DNA of 64,000 nucleotides. Origin: Candidatus Cloacimonadales bacterium. GTDB taxonomy: Bacteria > Cloacimonadota > Cloacimonadia > Cloacimonadales > JAIOQZ01. The DNA is taken from positions 3,328,001 through 3,392,000 of the forward strand of contig CAXXTU010000002.1 of assembly GCA_963662655.2 (NCBI GenBank), in the 5' to 3' direction. Positions 19,081-30,700 of this stretch are shown here, piece by piece. The translations under genes were made by a program, and so were the position numbers. The notes beneath the pieces were generated by a model, which was given only the letters and a program-made list of their open reading frames with translations, had not been told where the DNA came from and made no database searches. Within the stretch, counting starts at the first letter, position 1. Each line of letters begins with the position of its first letter.

Positions 19081-20507
19081 ATGAGATACATTAGTCTATT
19101 ATTGGTAGCATTACTGATAGCATGCAGCCTGAAAGTGGGAGAAGAGCGGTTGGTCGGCCGCGACGGCGAGCGAGCCTTGCGAGAAGGAGCGGCCGCGCCG
19201 TTGTATGTGGGGGTATCGCTCCCGCAACAAACGGAGGCCGAAGCGCTGGAAAGCGCCATGCAGGATGCGCGTCGGCAGATCGTGGAGAGCCTTGGCATCG
19301 AAGTGTGCATCCAAACCCTCGAGTCAGGCGTGGACACCGTGCGCAACGGGATCGTCCACCATGTTCTCAATTCGGAAACGACCGCGAACTTCTACGCCAG
19401 AAACATCCTGCAGGTGGCGGCGGACAAGCGTTACGTGGAGAAGTGGGAGAAGCTGACGCAGGATGGGCTCCAGCGCTACTACAAAGCATGGGTCGGCGTA
19501 TCGTTCAGCGAGGATGAATTTCGCGCCCTCTGGAGAGAGACGATCAGAAAATTTTCCATGAAATTTCAGATGATGGAACCGCTCTCGAAATGGTCCCATC
19601 CAGCCCCCGCGTCAATATCTGATCTGTTTATTCTATACCAGTCGGTCCTGATGATCAAGCAAGAATTCCTTTCACAATACTGGATGATCCACCTGCCCGA
19701 GTATCAGCAATTCGAGAAGGAGAAAGGAAAGCTGGAGAATGTTATGCGTAACCTCATACCGCGCATCCGAATAGATTTCATAAAACAAGAGGGTACGCTG
19801 AGCGGCTTCCTCGAGTACGATATCTCGTTTGAGGATGAGCCGATTCCCGGGATGCCGGTGCGCGTGTTCTCCGAGAACTTCAAGCTCGATCGGGTGTTGT
19901 TCACGGATTCGGAAGGGAAACTAACGGTTCCCTACGCATTTGAAGATAACCGGGATGCCGAGATGCAGCTCGTTGCCGGATGCACGGACGGCCAGTCGGA
20001 CGTTGTGCAATTCCTGCCTGCAGTTAGGACAAGGTTCCCTTCGCCGCTCAATCATCGGAATATCACCATTCTGATCGATATCCAGACACAACCTGATAAC
20101 ACATGGTTCCAAACGGAGATGGAAAAGTTGCTGACCGGTGAAGGATACAGAATCGTTTATCATCAGGATTCCACCGGCGTCTCCTACCGGCTTCAGGGTG
20201 AATTCCGCGCTGCCGTGAGCGCTGCCTCTCCGACTCGGTTTTCGGGTACATTGCTGCGAGATCGACCTTGAATCTACGCCTCCTGGAAGGATCGCAGAAT
20301 CAGTCTTTGATGACCTTTCGCTTACCGAGCGAAGAGTTTCGCGACACGCGAGGGTTTGGGAAAACAGAGGATGAAGCGCGCCAGAACGCCCTGCAGCTCC
20401 GCAACATGCTGCTGCGTGAAGAAGCGCTTCACGAGATCGTAAGGCGCATCGGGCAGGCGATCGAGAATCAGCTTAGAAATCGGGCGCCAGCCACAGATAA
20501 TAGGTAG
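19081..20507 (+). CDS. Uncharacterised lipoprotein (LPP20-like N-terminal region), probably one gene frameshifted near 20230
   Basis: MRYISLLLVALLIAC lipobox; EALESAMQDARRQIVE; ORF 20268-20507 appears to continue it in another frame. Confidence 0.55.
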
Positions 20508-23494
20508 GCTTGGTGCTGTCGTGCAGATCCGTCTGCCAGGCGATATCGAGCTTGAAAATGAACCAGCCCAGCCTCCAGCGAGGCCCGAAACCGTAACCCA
20601 TCTTCATATCCTCCAGATCGTCGTCCACGATACCGTGATACCCTTCTTCGTCGTACCACACGCTTCCGAAATCGTAGAAAATGCTACCGCGCAACTCTCT
20701 GAACGCGATCGGTAGAGCGGAAGCTGATCTGGAAATAATCGATGATCGGGTAGCGCAGCTCGACGGAACCGAGGAACTTGCGATCACCCTCTATGTCGTC
20801 GCGTACACCACGCACGCCATTGTAGCCTCTGATGGAGAATATTCGCGGATCCTTACCCATGCTGGCTCCGGCAAGGAACCTGAATGCGAAGGCGTAACGC
20901 TTGTTGAATAGCAGATAGGTTCTGAGGTCGCCGTACGCGTTGAAATAGTCGTCTTCCTTGGAGAGACTCTTGTCCAGCGAGATTGCGCCGCGCCAGCCGG
21001 ATATCGGCCCCGTGTTGCTCCAAAGCGTGTTGTCCTGCACCATATCCACGCCCGTGGCGTAAACGGCTGCTTCCTCCGTGCTGAATTTCTTCCAGTCGCC
21101 TTCCGAAGAATCCTCCGTCTCGATATCGTAGTCCCAGTAGTAGCGCTCGCGCTCCCACTTGGAGATCGAGTTGTTGAAATCGAGGCGCCAGAATTTATTG
21201 AACGGGTAGCTGATAACGGTTTGCAGGCCGAAATCTCTCTCGGACACTTTCTCATCGTAATACCTGCCGGTCACGTCGTAAACACCGTCGATATAGATCG
21301 TTTCCGTGTTGTAGTAGAACGCGCCCGTACCCAGATCAACGCGATGCGGGAGGTAGTAGTACATAACGCCTACGCTGGAGTCGTCCAGATCTCCGGCCAG
21401 CGATAGCTGAACGCCGAATGCGTGATCGCCCATGAGATCGCTCATGCTGAACTGGAAGTAGCCGAACGCGCCATAAGACGAAGAATATGCCATCCCTCCC
21501 CAGAAACGATCCAGCGAAAACTTGAGGCGGAAGGGGCGCTGCTCGGGAACAACTGAAACGGTGTCCGGCTTCTCGTCGATCTTCATGTTGTGTTCCTTGA
21601 TGAGGCTGTCCTGCTCGCTGAAGTCGCTAAGGTCGATCTTGGTCACATTGCGATTGGAGAAATCGGGGCGCTCTCGCTTGAAGTCCCTTTTGCGGTTTCC
21701 GTACAACTCGTATCTTGAAATGTCGAACCGGCTATGGAAATCGTCGTGCAGCGTGACAGGCTGCGGTAGATGGTAATCGTAATATTCTAGATCCACAAGC
21801 GGATTGGATTGCGTGTAGATGTCCCAGCCATTCTTGAAGAAGCAGGAGAAAATCAGGTATTCGTCCGCGGAATTGAGGTCGCCGGTAAAGACGCCGCAAA
21901 GCGTGTGGGTAACCTGCGCTCGCTGTCCCGTCTCCAGTTCGATGGCGTCGAAATTGGCGATGTAATCCTTCTCGGATATGAAAAGCAGGTTCTCGCCTTT
22001 GCTCTCCCACAGGGGAGAGTGGTTCTCCCAGTTGTCGTCCGTAACCTGATAAAAGGCTTCTTCTTGCGTATCGTACAGGAAGATGTCCCGACCGAGGTTG
22101 TAGAACACGTGGCTCGAATCGGCGTGCGTCGTATCGCGGACGGTTCGCTCCGAGTAGAACGCGATCTTCGTTCCATCGGGCGACCACCGGGGCGAGCCGT
22201 CGTCGTAGCGATCGTGAGTGATCTGTTTCAGGTTCTTCGTGGCTGGATCGAAGATGTACAAATCGGTGGCCATCTCCTGCTGACCGGAGAAGACGTATTT
22301 CCCGTTCGCAGGCGAATAATCGAATTCATAGATGTTGTCGAGATTGGGGAATTCGTATTCCTCCGTTCTCTTGCCGGATTCGATGTTCATGACGTAGAGC
22401 TTGTCCCCGAAGGTCGATTTCGCGACAAACGCGAAACGTTCATCGTCCAGCCAGGAGACATTGTTGCGCAGGAAGTGGAATTCCTGGATGCTTCCCGTGG
22501 TCTCGCCTTCCACAATCAGGTTTTCCTTCTCGAGTTCGATCATCGAGCCCTGCCAGATTCCGGTCCGATAGTTGACATTGGCAAAATAGAGGAAGTTCTG
22601 CCCGTTTGGGGAGAAACGCGGCGCGTAGTTGAGGTACGACCCCGTCTTCTCATGATCCGAATGCTTCTCGAGAATCTCGAAGGGGAGCTTGAAATCTTCG
22701 ATCAGGGGATAATACTCACGCTTGAGCGCGATTTCCCAGCGAGCCTGGAGCTCCTCGAACTTCATCCCGAACGCCTTTTCCGTGGACGCGTCAGGGTCTC
22801 GTGCGATGCGAGCCGAGTGAAAGAATTTCATCACGGCTTCTCTTCCGTACACCTCAGATATCCATGTCAGGAACGCTTCTCCCATGCGATAGGCGTAGTA
22901 GCCGCCGATGTTGTTGATGGGGTAGAGGTAGTCGTTCAAGACCATGTCGATGATGAACATGTTGTTGTAGTTGTCTTTCCCGCCGATGGATTCGAACTCG
23001 GGAAGACCTTCGCTGAACCAGAAGGGGAGTCCCGCGCCGGTTCCAAGCATGCCCCCTCGGGAGACTGCGCCGACATACGCGTGCGTCAGTTCGTGGATCA
23101 AAACCTCTTCCAGCTTTCGGTAGCTGCCGTCAAACGGGACCACGACACGGTTTTTCTCGTATTCGGTGAACCCGCCGACGCCTTCGCTCAAGAGCGGGTA
23201 GATGATGTTGGTCGTCTCGAACTCGCTGTGGGATTCGTAGAAGATGATGGGAATGCGGTAGCGGATGGGTTCCTTGAAGTCCTGCTTCAGGTAGTAGTAG
23301 GCTTCTTCCGCCATCAGTGCGGCCGCTTTACCGAACTCCTCCGAGTCCTTCTTGAAATAGATGTCGAAGTGCATCGTCTCGATGACGGACCACTCCACTT
23401 TCTTTTTCTGAACCTTGTTCTTCCCGTAGTAAACGGGAAACAGCATGGCGCACACGAGCGAGAAAACGATGATGAGGGCGTATCTTTTTTTCAT
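20473..23494 (-). CDS. Omp85/BamA-like barrel protein with N-terminal peptidase-like (HELTH) domain and PD40 propeller; frameshift near 20720
   Basis: HELTH...WFSEGLPE, PRFSPNG/PRWSPDG repeats, VRG motif, GSVELRYP; barrel end FYDFGSVW...GYGFGPR...LAPDF in ORF 20473-20787. Confidence 0.8.
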
Positions 23495-24396
23495 TAGAAC
23501 ACACTGAATTCAAAGTATTTTTTCGGATGGGCCTTCACGTCTTCCAGCAGGGAATCGATCTCCGTGACGGCCTCAACCATCTGGTTATAGAGTTCTCTTT
23601 CGTTGAGGAGGTTCGAGACGGTATTGTCTCCCTCTTCGATATTGGCGGATATCCTGTCGAACCGCGCCACGAGCGTATCGAGCTTCGTGAAAAGCACACG
23701 TGCTTCCTGCGTGGCTCCATTCAGGTTGTCCAGTGTATCGTGAATCGGTTTCTCATTGTCGTCCAGGATACGGTTAATCTTCCCGAACGCACCGGAAGCG
23801 CTTTCAACTGCTGTACCCAGCGGTGCGCGATTCTCATCGATCATCTCGTTCAGGTTTGTGAGCATCGTCTTCGCGGTATCGGCCAGCGCGGCGAAGTCGT
23901 CGATGATGCCGTCCGAATCTCCCACGCGGGAGACGATGCCGTCGAGCTTGGCCACCAGATCGTCGATCCGGGCGAACACACCGGTGATTCCGGCATCGGT
24001 CTGGCCGGTGAATGTCTGTGCGAGGTCGAGTTGTTTCTCACCTCTTCCCGGGCGGATATCGATCCGCTTTCCGCCCATCAGGTTCGATTCGTGCAGGCGG
24101 AAGATCGTGCCTTCTTTCAGCGGGAAATCGAGATGAACCTGGAGCGTTATCATCACACCGTCCTCTTCGACCTTCATCGACTTGATCCTGCCGATTTCCA
24201 TGCCGTTCATGGTCACGGTCTCGCCCGGCTTGATGTTGTTCGCGTTCTCGAACATCACAAGAACATCGGTGAAGTTACGCATTTCAAGATACTGTTTCAG
24301 CCAGGAATAGCCCAGCACAAGGATCAGGATCGAGACGACGGTGATAATTCCCACCTTGATCTCGATCGACCGTTTATCACGGTAGTATTTCTCCAT
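23494..24396 (-). CDS. MlaD/MCE family protein
   Basis: EIKVGI TM anchor; FENANNIKPGETVTMNGMEIGRI MCE domain; LLEDVKAHPKKYFEFSVF end. Confidence 0.9.
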   Translation of the reverse strand: MEKYYRDKRSIEIKVGIITVVSILILVLGYSWLKQYLEMRNFTDVLVMFENANNIKPGETVTMNGMEIGRIKSMKVEEDGVMITLQVHLDFPLKEGTIFRLHESNLMGGKRIDIRPGRGEKQLDLAQTFTGQTDAGITGVFARIDDLVAKLDGIVSRVGDSDGIIDDFAALADTAKTMLTNLNEMIDENRAPLGTAVESASGAFGKINRILDDNEKPIHDTLDNLNGATQEARVLFTKLDTLVARFDRISANIEEGDNTVSNLLNERELYNQMVEAVTEIDSLLEDVKAHPKKYFEFSVF

Positions 24397-24416
24397 ACAT
24401 CATTCTCCGCGGAGGC

Positions 24417-25463
24417 TTACATTCTTTCCGACAGCCAGCGATTCCATATCCTGCGAAAAACCGTCGGCAGCGCGAGCCGCTCCACTTCCTCCGGCGAAAA
24501 CCAGTTCAGTTGGTTGTCGCACGGAAGCGTCTCCGCCTCGCATTCGAAAATCTCCATCTGCCACTTCAGATGGGTGAAGGTGTGGGTCGTTTCGAATCGT
24601 TTGCGAATCGATCTCGCTTCAATACGAAATCGTTCAGCGATTTCCGAAGCGAGATTTCCCTCGAACAGCGGAAATCCCCACATGGATGCCAGTAAACCAT
24701 TCGGGTCTCGTTTGACCATTAAAATTTTATCGTTTCTGCAAATTACCGCCACTTTCAGATGTACGACTGGCAGCGCGGCTCTCTTCGCCTTGAGGGGAAA
24801 AAGCGATTGCCGGCCTTCTTTCTTGCTCCGGCACTGATTTGTAAGGGGGCACGCGTCGCACTTCGGATTCAGGGGCAGGCATACGAGCGCTCCCAGCTCC
24901 ATCAGCGCCTGAACAAAGTTTCCAACCTCTTTGGAATCCTCGGGAAGCAAAGCTTCAGCGATCTCCTTGATACGCCTCTTGTCTTTCTGCGACTTTCCGT
25001 CTGTCTCGACGCAGAAGAGGCGGGAAATAACCCGCACGATGTTGCCGTCAACCGGCGCCGTCCTTTCTCCGAATGCGATAGACGCGACGGCCGAAGCAGT
25101 GTAATCTCCGAATCCGGGAAGCTTCCCGAGCGATTTGATGTCGTTAGGGAGAGTCCCTTGAAAGTCTTCAGCGATGACCTTCGCCGCTTTGTGCAGGTTC
25201 ATTGCGCGGCGGTAGTAGCCCAGGCCTTCCCACGCCTTGAGAACCTCGTCCTGCGTGGCACCGGCGAGCGTCTCGACATCCGGGAATCGATCCAGAAAAC
25301 GATCGTAGTAATCGAGCACTGTCTGCACGCGGGTTTGCTGGAGCATGATCTCGGATACCCAGACGCGATACGGATCGCTCGTCCTGCGCCAGGGGAGGTT
25401 TCGCTTGCTTGCGGCGTACCAGCTTAAAAGCGCTGCGGTGATGGCTTGATCTTGCGCCGACAT
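24417..25463 (-). CDS. mutY: A/G-specific adenine glycosylase
   Basis: LPWR..DPYRVWVSEIMLQQT, WEGLGYY, VDGNIVRV, C-x6-C-x2-C-x5-C; true start ATG 25463 overlaps the hutI stop. Confidence 0.95.
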   Translation of the reverse strand: MSAQDQAITAALLSWYAASKRNLPWRRTSDPYRVWVSEIMLQQTRVQTVLDYYDRFLDRFPDVETLAGATQDEVLKAWEGLGYYRRAMNLHKAAKVIAEDFQGTLPNDIKSLGKLPGFGDYTASAVASIAFGERTAPVDGNIVRVISRLFCVETDGKSQKDKRRIKEIAEALLPEDSKEVGNFVQALMELGALVCLPLNPKCDACPLTNQCRSKKEGRQSLFPLKAKRAALPVVHLKVAVICRNDKILMVKRDPNGLLASMWGFPLFEGNLASEIAERFRIEARSIRKRFETTHTFTHLKWQMEIFECEAETLPCDNQLNWFSPEEVERLALPTVFRRIWNRWLSERM

Positions 25464-26719
25464 CAATTCCCGCAGCGATCGTAAATGAGCTTGCCTTTCT
25501 TGAAAACTTTCATCACGTCGCTGGAACCGAAGTGGTAGGGCAAATAGCGGTAGGAAGGCATGTCCATAACGAGAACGTCCGCCTGTTTCCCGACTTCGAT
25601 CGATCCGGTGACGTCCCCCATTTCCAGCGAATGCGCCGCGTTGATCGTCGCTGCGGTGATCGCCTCCGCGACGCTCATCTTCATTTGCAGGGTGGCGATG
25701 GTGATGATCATGGGTATGCTGTCGCAATTGCAGCTCCCGGGATTGTAGTCGGTTGCCAGGGCGACCGGCAGGCCCTCCTCGATCATCTTCCGCGCCCGTG
25801 CATAGGACTTCATTCCCAAACTGAAGATGGTTCCGGGTAGCACGACAGCGATGACTCCCGCGTCCCGCATGGCGCGGATGCCCTCGTCGGACGCCGCACC
25901 GAGATGATCGGCCGAGACGGCCCCCATCTCTGCCGCGAGCTCTGCGCCGCCGATCGGTTCGATCTCGTCGGCGTGCATGCGGATGTGGAAACCGAGTTTC
26001 TTCGCGTGAGTCAGGACATCGCGGGATTCTTCGATGGAATAGACGTGATCCTCAGTGAAAATGTCGCAATACGTTGCCAGATTCTCCTCCGCGACCTTCG
26101 GCATCATCTCTTCCTTGAGTATGCGGATGTATTCGGCGTGGTTGTCCTTATATTCCACCGGGAACTCGTGCGCGCCCATGAAGGTGGCGACGATCTCGAT
26201 GGGGAGTTCCTGCTGCAATCGTTTGATTACGCGCAGCATCTTGAGTTCGCTTTCGGTCGAGAGTCCGTACCCGCTTTTTGCTTCCAGCGTTGTCGTACCG
26301 CAGCTTATCATTCGCTTGATGCGCTTGAGAGAGAGCTCGTAAAGCTCGTCCTCGCTCGCTTCGCGAACGGCTGCGATGCTGGAACGGATTCCGCCGCCGC
26401 TCAGGGATATCTCCACGTAGCTTTTCCCCTGAATGCGCATCTCGAACTCGTTTTCACGCGTGTTGACAAACACCGGATGCGTATGCGGATCGACGAATCC
26501 CGGCATGACGATTTGATTCTGCGCGTCGAAGACATCGCCTTCCCAGTCCCTGAGAATCTCTTCAGTGGTGCCAACGGCTGCGATGAGCCCGTCTTTGATC
26601 GCGATCGCCCCTTGATTCACAATCGCCAGGTCGTTCATCTCGTCGCCCTTTCGCGGCGACCTGCTTCCCTTTAGGGTGAGAAGCTCTTTTGCATTTATAA
26701 TGAGTAGGTCAGCTTGCAT
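25463..26719 (-). CDS. hutI: Imidazolonepropionase
   Basis: PGFVDPHTH, GTTTLEAKSGYGL, FMGAH, HADE, SADHL, ATDYNPGS. Confidence 0.95.
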   Translation of the reverse strand: MQADLLIINAKELLTLKGSRSPRKGDEMNDLAIVNQGAIAIKDGLIAAVGTTEEILRDWEGDVFDAQNQIVMPGFVDPHTHPVFVNTRENEFEMRIQGKSYVEISLSGGGIRSSIAAVREASEDELYELSLKRIKRMISCGTTTLEAKSGYGLSTESELKMLRVIKRLQQELPIEIVATFMGAHEFPVEYKDNHAEYIRILKEEMMPKVAEENLATYCDIFTEDHVYSIEESRDVLTHAKKLGFHIRMHADEIEPIGGAELAAEMGAVSADHLGAASDEGIRAMRDAGVIAVVLPGTIFSLGMKSYARARKMIEEGLPVALATDYNPGSCNCDSIPMIITIATLQMKMSVAEAITAATINAAHSLEMGDVTGSIEVGKQADVLVMDMPSYRYLPYHFGSSDVMKVFKKGKLIYDRCGN

Positions 26720-26894
26720 GTTCACTCCTGATTTCGTTTCTTTCCAGCTTACTGAAAGGGGATGATTCTTTCAAGGATTTTTTCCAGGTATTGAGTCGGC
26801 AGGATAAGTTTACAAAAATTAAACATTAAAATGTTTGGCTTTCACGAATTCCTATTCAGATTATATCATGTATTGAAAAACACAGGTGGTTGCC

Positions 26895-27356
26895 ATGGAG
26901 TATGAATTGATCATTGGAAACAGACTTTCCGAGATAGGCAGAATTCATCGGTTTATCGAGAATCTGGAATTGTCGCATAGGACTTGCTTCAATCTGACCC
27001 TGATCATGGACGAGGTTTTATCCAATATCGTAAATTATGGTTTTGATGACGAAGAAGAGCACATGATTCGCATCAAGATATCTTCCGCGCCGGGAGAGAT
27101 AAAGTTGTTATTCGTAGATGACGGAATAGGTTTCAATCCTCTGGAGATGCCGGAGCCGAATCTTGATTTACCCATCGAGAAGCGTCCAGCCGGCGGCTTG
27201 GGAATATTTATTGTCAGAAAACTTTCGCAAACGATGGAATACATTCGCAAGGACGACGCAAACCATTTAAGGGTCGTGCTGTCTTGCGAGCCGGATTTTC
27301 GCAGAATGACTTTCAAGGGCGTCCATCGCTTATCCAACGACTACGTTACGCTTTAA
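26895..27356 (+). CDS. RsbW-like anti-sigma factor / Ser kinase (HATPase_c)
   Basis: DEVLSNIVNYG, DDGIGFNPL, RPAGGLGIFIV. Confidence 0.88.
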   Translation: MEYELIIGNRLSEIGRIHRFIENLELSHRTCFNLTLIMDEVLSNIVNYGFDDEEEHMIRIKISSAPGEIKLLFVDDGIGFNPLEMPEPNLDLPIEKRPAGGLGIFIVRKLSQTMEYIRKDDANHLRVVLSCEPDFRRMTFKGVHRLSNDYVTL

Positions 27357-27371
27357 GAAAGAACGAATATG

Positions 27372-27405
27372 AAAAACCGCCCCTCAAACGAGAGGCGGTT
27401 TTTTT
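27372..27405. terminator. Bidirectional intrinsic terminator
   Basis: AAAAACCGCC...GGCGGTTTTTTT between convergent genes. Confidence 0.85.
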
Positions 27406-27422
27406 ATTATGTGCCGTGACCT

Positions 27423-28709
27423 TTACTTGATCAGCACGGCCTTACGAATGGACGTGAAGCCAGTCGATTGCATGTGGATCATGTAAATTCCTGAAGCCTG
27501 GCTGGCTGCATTCCAGGTGACGGAATTTGAACCCTTGTGCCCGTCGTGGGTGATGGTTTCAACCAATTGACCCTTCAGGTTGTAAACCTTGAAAGTAACG
27601 GTTTCGTCCTCGGGTATTGTGTAGGAGAACTTGGTTTCGGGATTGAACGGGTTTGGATAGACCGATTCGAAGTTCGTCACGATGTCTCCCGGGTCGGGCG
27701 TATCGCCTTCGCCGCCACTGAGAACGGTTGCGGTCACAGGACCGTGGAACTGTGTTTCTCCGCTCATTTCAACGCTTTCCAGCCAGTAGTGGTATGTGCA
27801 ATCGCACTCGACCTCGGCATCCGTATAGCTGTACTTGCTTTGGGCTGTCGTGTTGTTGGCCGGGATGTAGCTGGTGTTGATGGGTATTGCCTGGCTGAGG
27901 TTGCTCGATGTGTTGCGAAGCACGTTGTAGCCAAGGAGGTCGCTTTCGGACTCGGTAATCCAGTTTAGCTGAACCAGGTTGCTTTGCGTAACTGCCGCCG
28001 CGAAGCTGGAGAGCTCGACAGGGCAGGTTTCTTCGTCGCAACCGCAAAGCGAGAACGCGAGGTTGATCGTCGGATCGTAAATGCCGATTTCGACGACTTG
28101 ATGTTGCAGGTTGGTCGTGTGATAATACACAGCGCTGTCCTGGAAGTCATCCATCGAAGTTTTCCAACCACAGGTTCCATCCAGGGCGTTTACCTGGATC
28201 ACAAGCCAGTAGATTGTGCCGCCGATGGCGTGGAAGGGCGTTGCCACATCCGAGATGTACTGGTAGGCTTCGCAGTCCCCGCAATTCACTTCGTAGTACG
28301 AGAAGTGATCGTTGGGAGTGTAGGTGCCGGTCATCGGATCGAAGAATGCCTGAGCACCGGCAAGTGGGCCGTCGATTGAAGTTACGCCGTCTCCAGGGAA
28401 GAATGCATGGTTTCAAAGCATGGAACCAGGGTGGCTCCATGGAAGGTCCACGCCGGCGGGTACATCGCTCCAGATGCTTACATCGATAGAGGTGATATCG
28501 CCAACGACATCGCCTTGCCAGGACAGGAAGAAATGAATCGCGCAGATATACGTGTTATCTGGCACTAGCCAGTCGTCGCCAACGGCGGTGGTTTCGAATT
28601 CAATATCCACACCGTTGGCGTATGGACTTTGGTTCCATACCTCCTGGCACGTTTGACAGAATAGTGTCGAAAGACTCAACACGAAAACAATGATTAGTAT
28701 CTTTTTCAT
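27423..28709 (-). pseudogene. Secreted CTD (T9SS/FlgD-Ig-like) protein, paralog A, interrupted by in-frame TGA at 28413-28415
   Basis: ORFs 28413-28709 and 27423-28334 are in the same frame and collinear with paralog 29105-30397; PVELSSF and YPNPFNPET motifs. Confidence 0.8.
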
Positions 28710-29056
28710 GATACTTCTCCTTGCCGCAAAGGAGCGGCATTGTGTTTCAGTTATCGGCCAACATTATAGGGGGAATAACATAAGTTAACCATTGCAGAAT
28801 CCCTAAATTATTAGAATAAGGCTCACTATGGTTTAGTGATCTTGGGGTATTTAAACAAAGTGGGGGGCGGATGTCAAGGAAATTAATAAAAATTGGGCAT
28901 TAATATTAGTGGTATGTAAGTTAATCATCCACAAAGCATTTCTGCAAGCGGATTGAAGACTCATTCATTTGTGAATTCATATGTTTCCTATAGTTAATTT
29001 GGGCGAAACGATCATTTTCGATGAAGGAGAAGCGAGTGTGTTTTTTGAGATATCGG

Positions 29057-29088
29057 AAAAAAAAGCACCGGGTGCACCGGTGCTTTTT
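29057..29088 (-). terminator. Intrinsic terminator after paralog B
   Basis: A8-GCACCGG..CCGGTGC-T5. Confidence 0.8.
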
Positions 29089-29104
29089 AATAGAAGCTGG
29101 ATTG

Positions 29105-30397
29105 TTACTTGATCAGCACTGCCTTGTGCATGGATTCGAATCCAGCGGCCTTCATGTGGATCATGTAAACGCCGGAAGCTTGATCTGAAGCGTTCCAGCC
29201 AACGGTGTTGCTGCCCTTCTTGCCTTGATGGGTGATGGTATCGACCAACTGCCCCTTCAGGTTGTAGACATCGAATGTAACGATTCCGTCCTTTGTGAGT
29301 GTGTAGCTGAAGGATGTGTTCGGGTTGAACGGGTTTGGATAAACCGAGTCGAACATCGTTACGATTTCAGCCGGATCGGGTGTGTCTTCTCCGGTTTCAT
29401 CGATGACGGTAACGCTCACGGGACCGTGGAACTGCGTCGCTCCGCTCATTTCCACGCTTTCCAGCCAGTAGTAATACGTGCAATCGCATTCGACTTCGGG
29501 ATCAATGTACGAATACTGGCTCTGCGATGCCGAGTTGTTCGCGTTGATGTATTCGGCGTTGATGGATATTGCCTCGTTGAGGTTGTTTGTCGTATTGCGG
29601 AGTACGTTATAGCCCAGGAGGTCGCTTTCGGATTCCGTTGTCCAGTTGATTTGAACGAAATTGCTTTGTGTTACCGCTGCATCGAAGCTGGAGAGTTCGA
29701 CAGGGCAGGTTTGATCACTACATCCGCAAAGTGAGAACGCGAGATGAATGCTCGGGTCGTAAGCCGGAATCGATATGGGTTGCCACATGGCGGTGGTCAC
29801 GTTGTCGAAGTACACGGCGTCGTCCATGAAGTCAACCGGGGAAGTCTTCCAGCCGCAGTTTTCTGGCGTAACAGCTATGTTTACCACTAACCAGTAAATC
29901 ACACCCGCCTGTGCGTGAAAGGGCGTAAAGAGATCCGAGATGTACTGCCCGGTTTCGCAATTGCCGCAGTTCACCCGATAGTAGTTGAGGTGATCTGCCG
30001 GATAGAAGTTGTCATTAAGGGGATTGTAGAAACTCTGCAATCCCGCTTCAGGAGGATCGATGGTAGTAATTCCATCGCCGACGATGAACACTTCAGTCCA
30101 GATGTTGTCTCCTGGATGGCTGTAAGGAATCCCTCCGGTTCCGGCTGGGACATCTTCGTTGATGCTTACGGAGATGAACAGGATTTCGCCGACAATGTCT
30201 TCCTGCCATGACAGCCAGAAATGGACAGCGCAGATATAGGTGTCTTCCGCTACAGACCAGTCATCCGCGATATCTGTACCGGTACATTGAATATCCACGC
30301 CACTCGGATCCGGTGGTTGCAGCCACACTTCCTGGCAAGTTTGTGAGAATAACGAGAGAGCGCTTAAAACAAAAAGAAAAAGCATGATTTTTTTCAT
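29105..30397 (-). CDS. Secreted CTD (T9SS/FlgD-Ig-like) protein, paralog B
   Basis: Signal peptide, ADDW..ICAVHFWLSW domain, PVELSSF linker, YPNPFNPNT..VYNLKGQLV..SGVYMI..KAVLIK. Confidence 0.85.
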   Translation of the reverse strand: MKKIMLFLFVLSALSLFSQTCQEVWLQPPDPSGVDIQCTGTDIADDWSVAEDTYICAVHFWLSWQEDIVGEILFISVSINEDVPAGTGGIPYSHPGDNIWTEVFIVGDGITTIDPPEAGLQSFYNPLNDNFYPADHLNYYRVNCGNCETGQYISDLFTPFHAQAGVIYWLVVNIAVTPENCGWKTSPVDFMDDAVYFDNVTTAMWQPISIPAYDPSIHLAFSLCGCSDQTCPVELSSFDAAVTQSNFVQINWTTESESDLLGYNVLRNTTNNLNEAISINAEYINANNSASQSQYSYIDPEVECDCTYYYWLESVEMSGATQFHGPVSVTVIDETGEDTPDPAEIVTMFDSVYPNPFNPNTSFSYTLTKDGIVTFDVYNLKGQLVDTITHQGKKGSNTVGWNASDQASGVYMIHMKAAGFESMHKAVLIK

Positions 30398-30644
30398 TGT
30401 AATCTCCTTGTGTATAAGAAGGTGGAACAGGGTATTTTCTATGTTTGATAATGAATGTTACAATCTTGAATCCTGAAAATCGAAGTATCAGATCACGTTA
30501 TTTTTGTTGTGACAGATTTCTTCACCCCAAATCATTCACGAATACATTATATTTAGCGAATGAGTGTTGTCAATATTTTTTATAGCAATATAATAGATGA
30601 ATCTGAATGAATGGTGTGCATTCTTGTTATTGGCGGATGTAATG

Positions 30645-30674
30645 AAAAAATCGGCAGGAAAAATTCCTGCCGAT
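30645..30674 (-). terminator. Intrinsic terminator ending the phosphate-locus operon
   Basis: ATCGGCAGGAA/TTCCTGCCGAT hairpin preceded by an A run on +. Confidence 0.8.
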
Positions 30675-30700
30675 CCTTGTGCAAAATCTTACAAATGCAA

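Noticed and set aside
21809..23497. Long antisense ORFs (also 41802-43394, 44166-45842, 46535-49150, 23527-24837)
   Set aside because: Shadows of well-supported genes on the opposite strand, with no recognisable motifs.
25464..25727. 88-aa N-terminal extension of MutY in the ORF track
   Set aside because: It overlaps hutI in another frame; ATG 25463, coupled to the hutI stop, gives a normal MutY.
28413..28415. Selenocysteine or genome-wide UGA recoding
   Set aside because: The paralog has Trp rather than Cys here, and TGA is a normal stop in many genes of this window.
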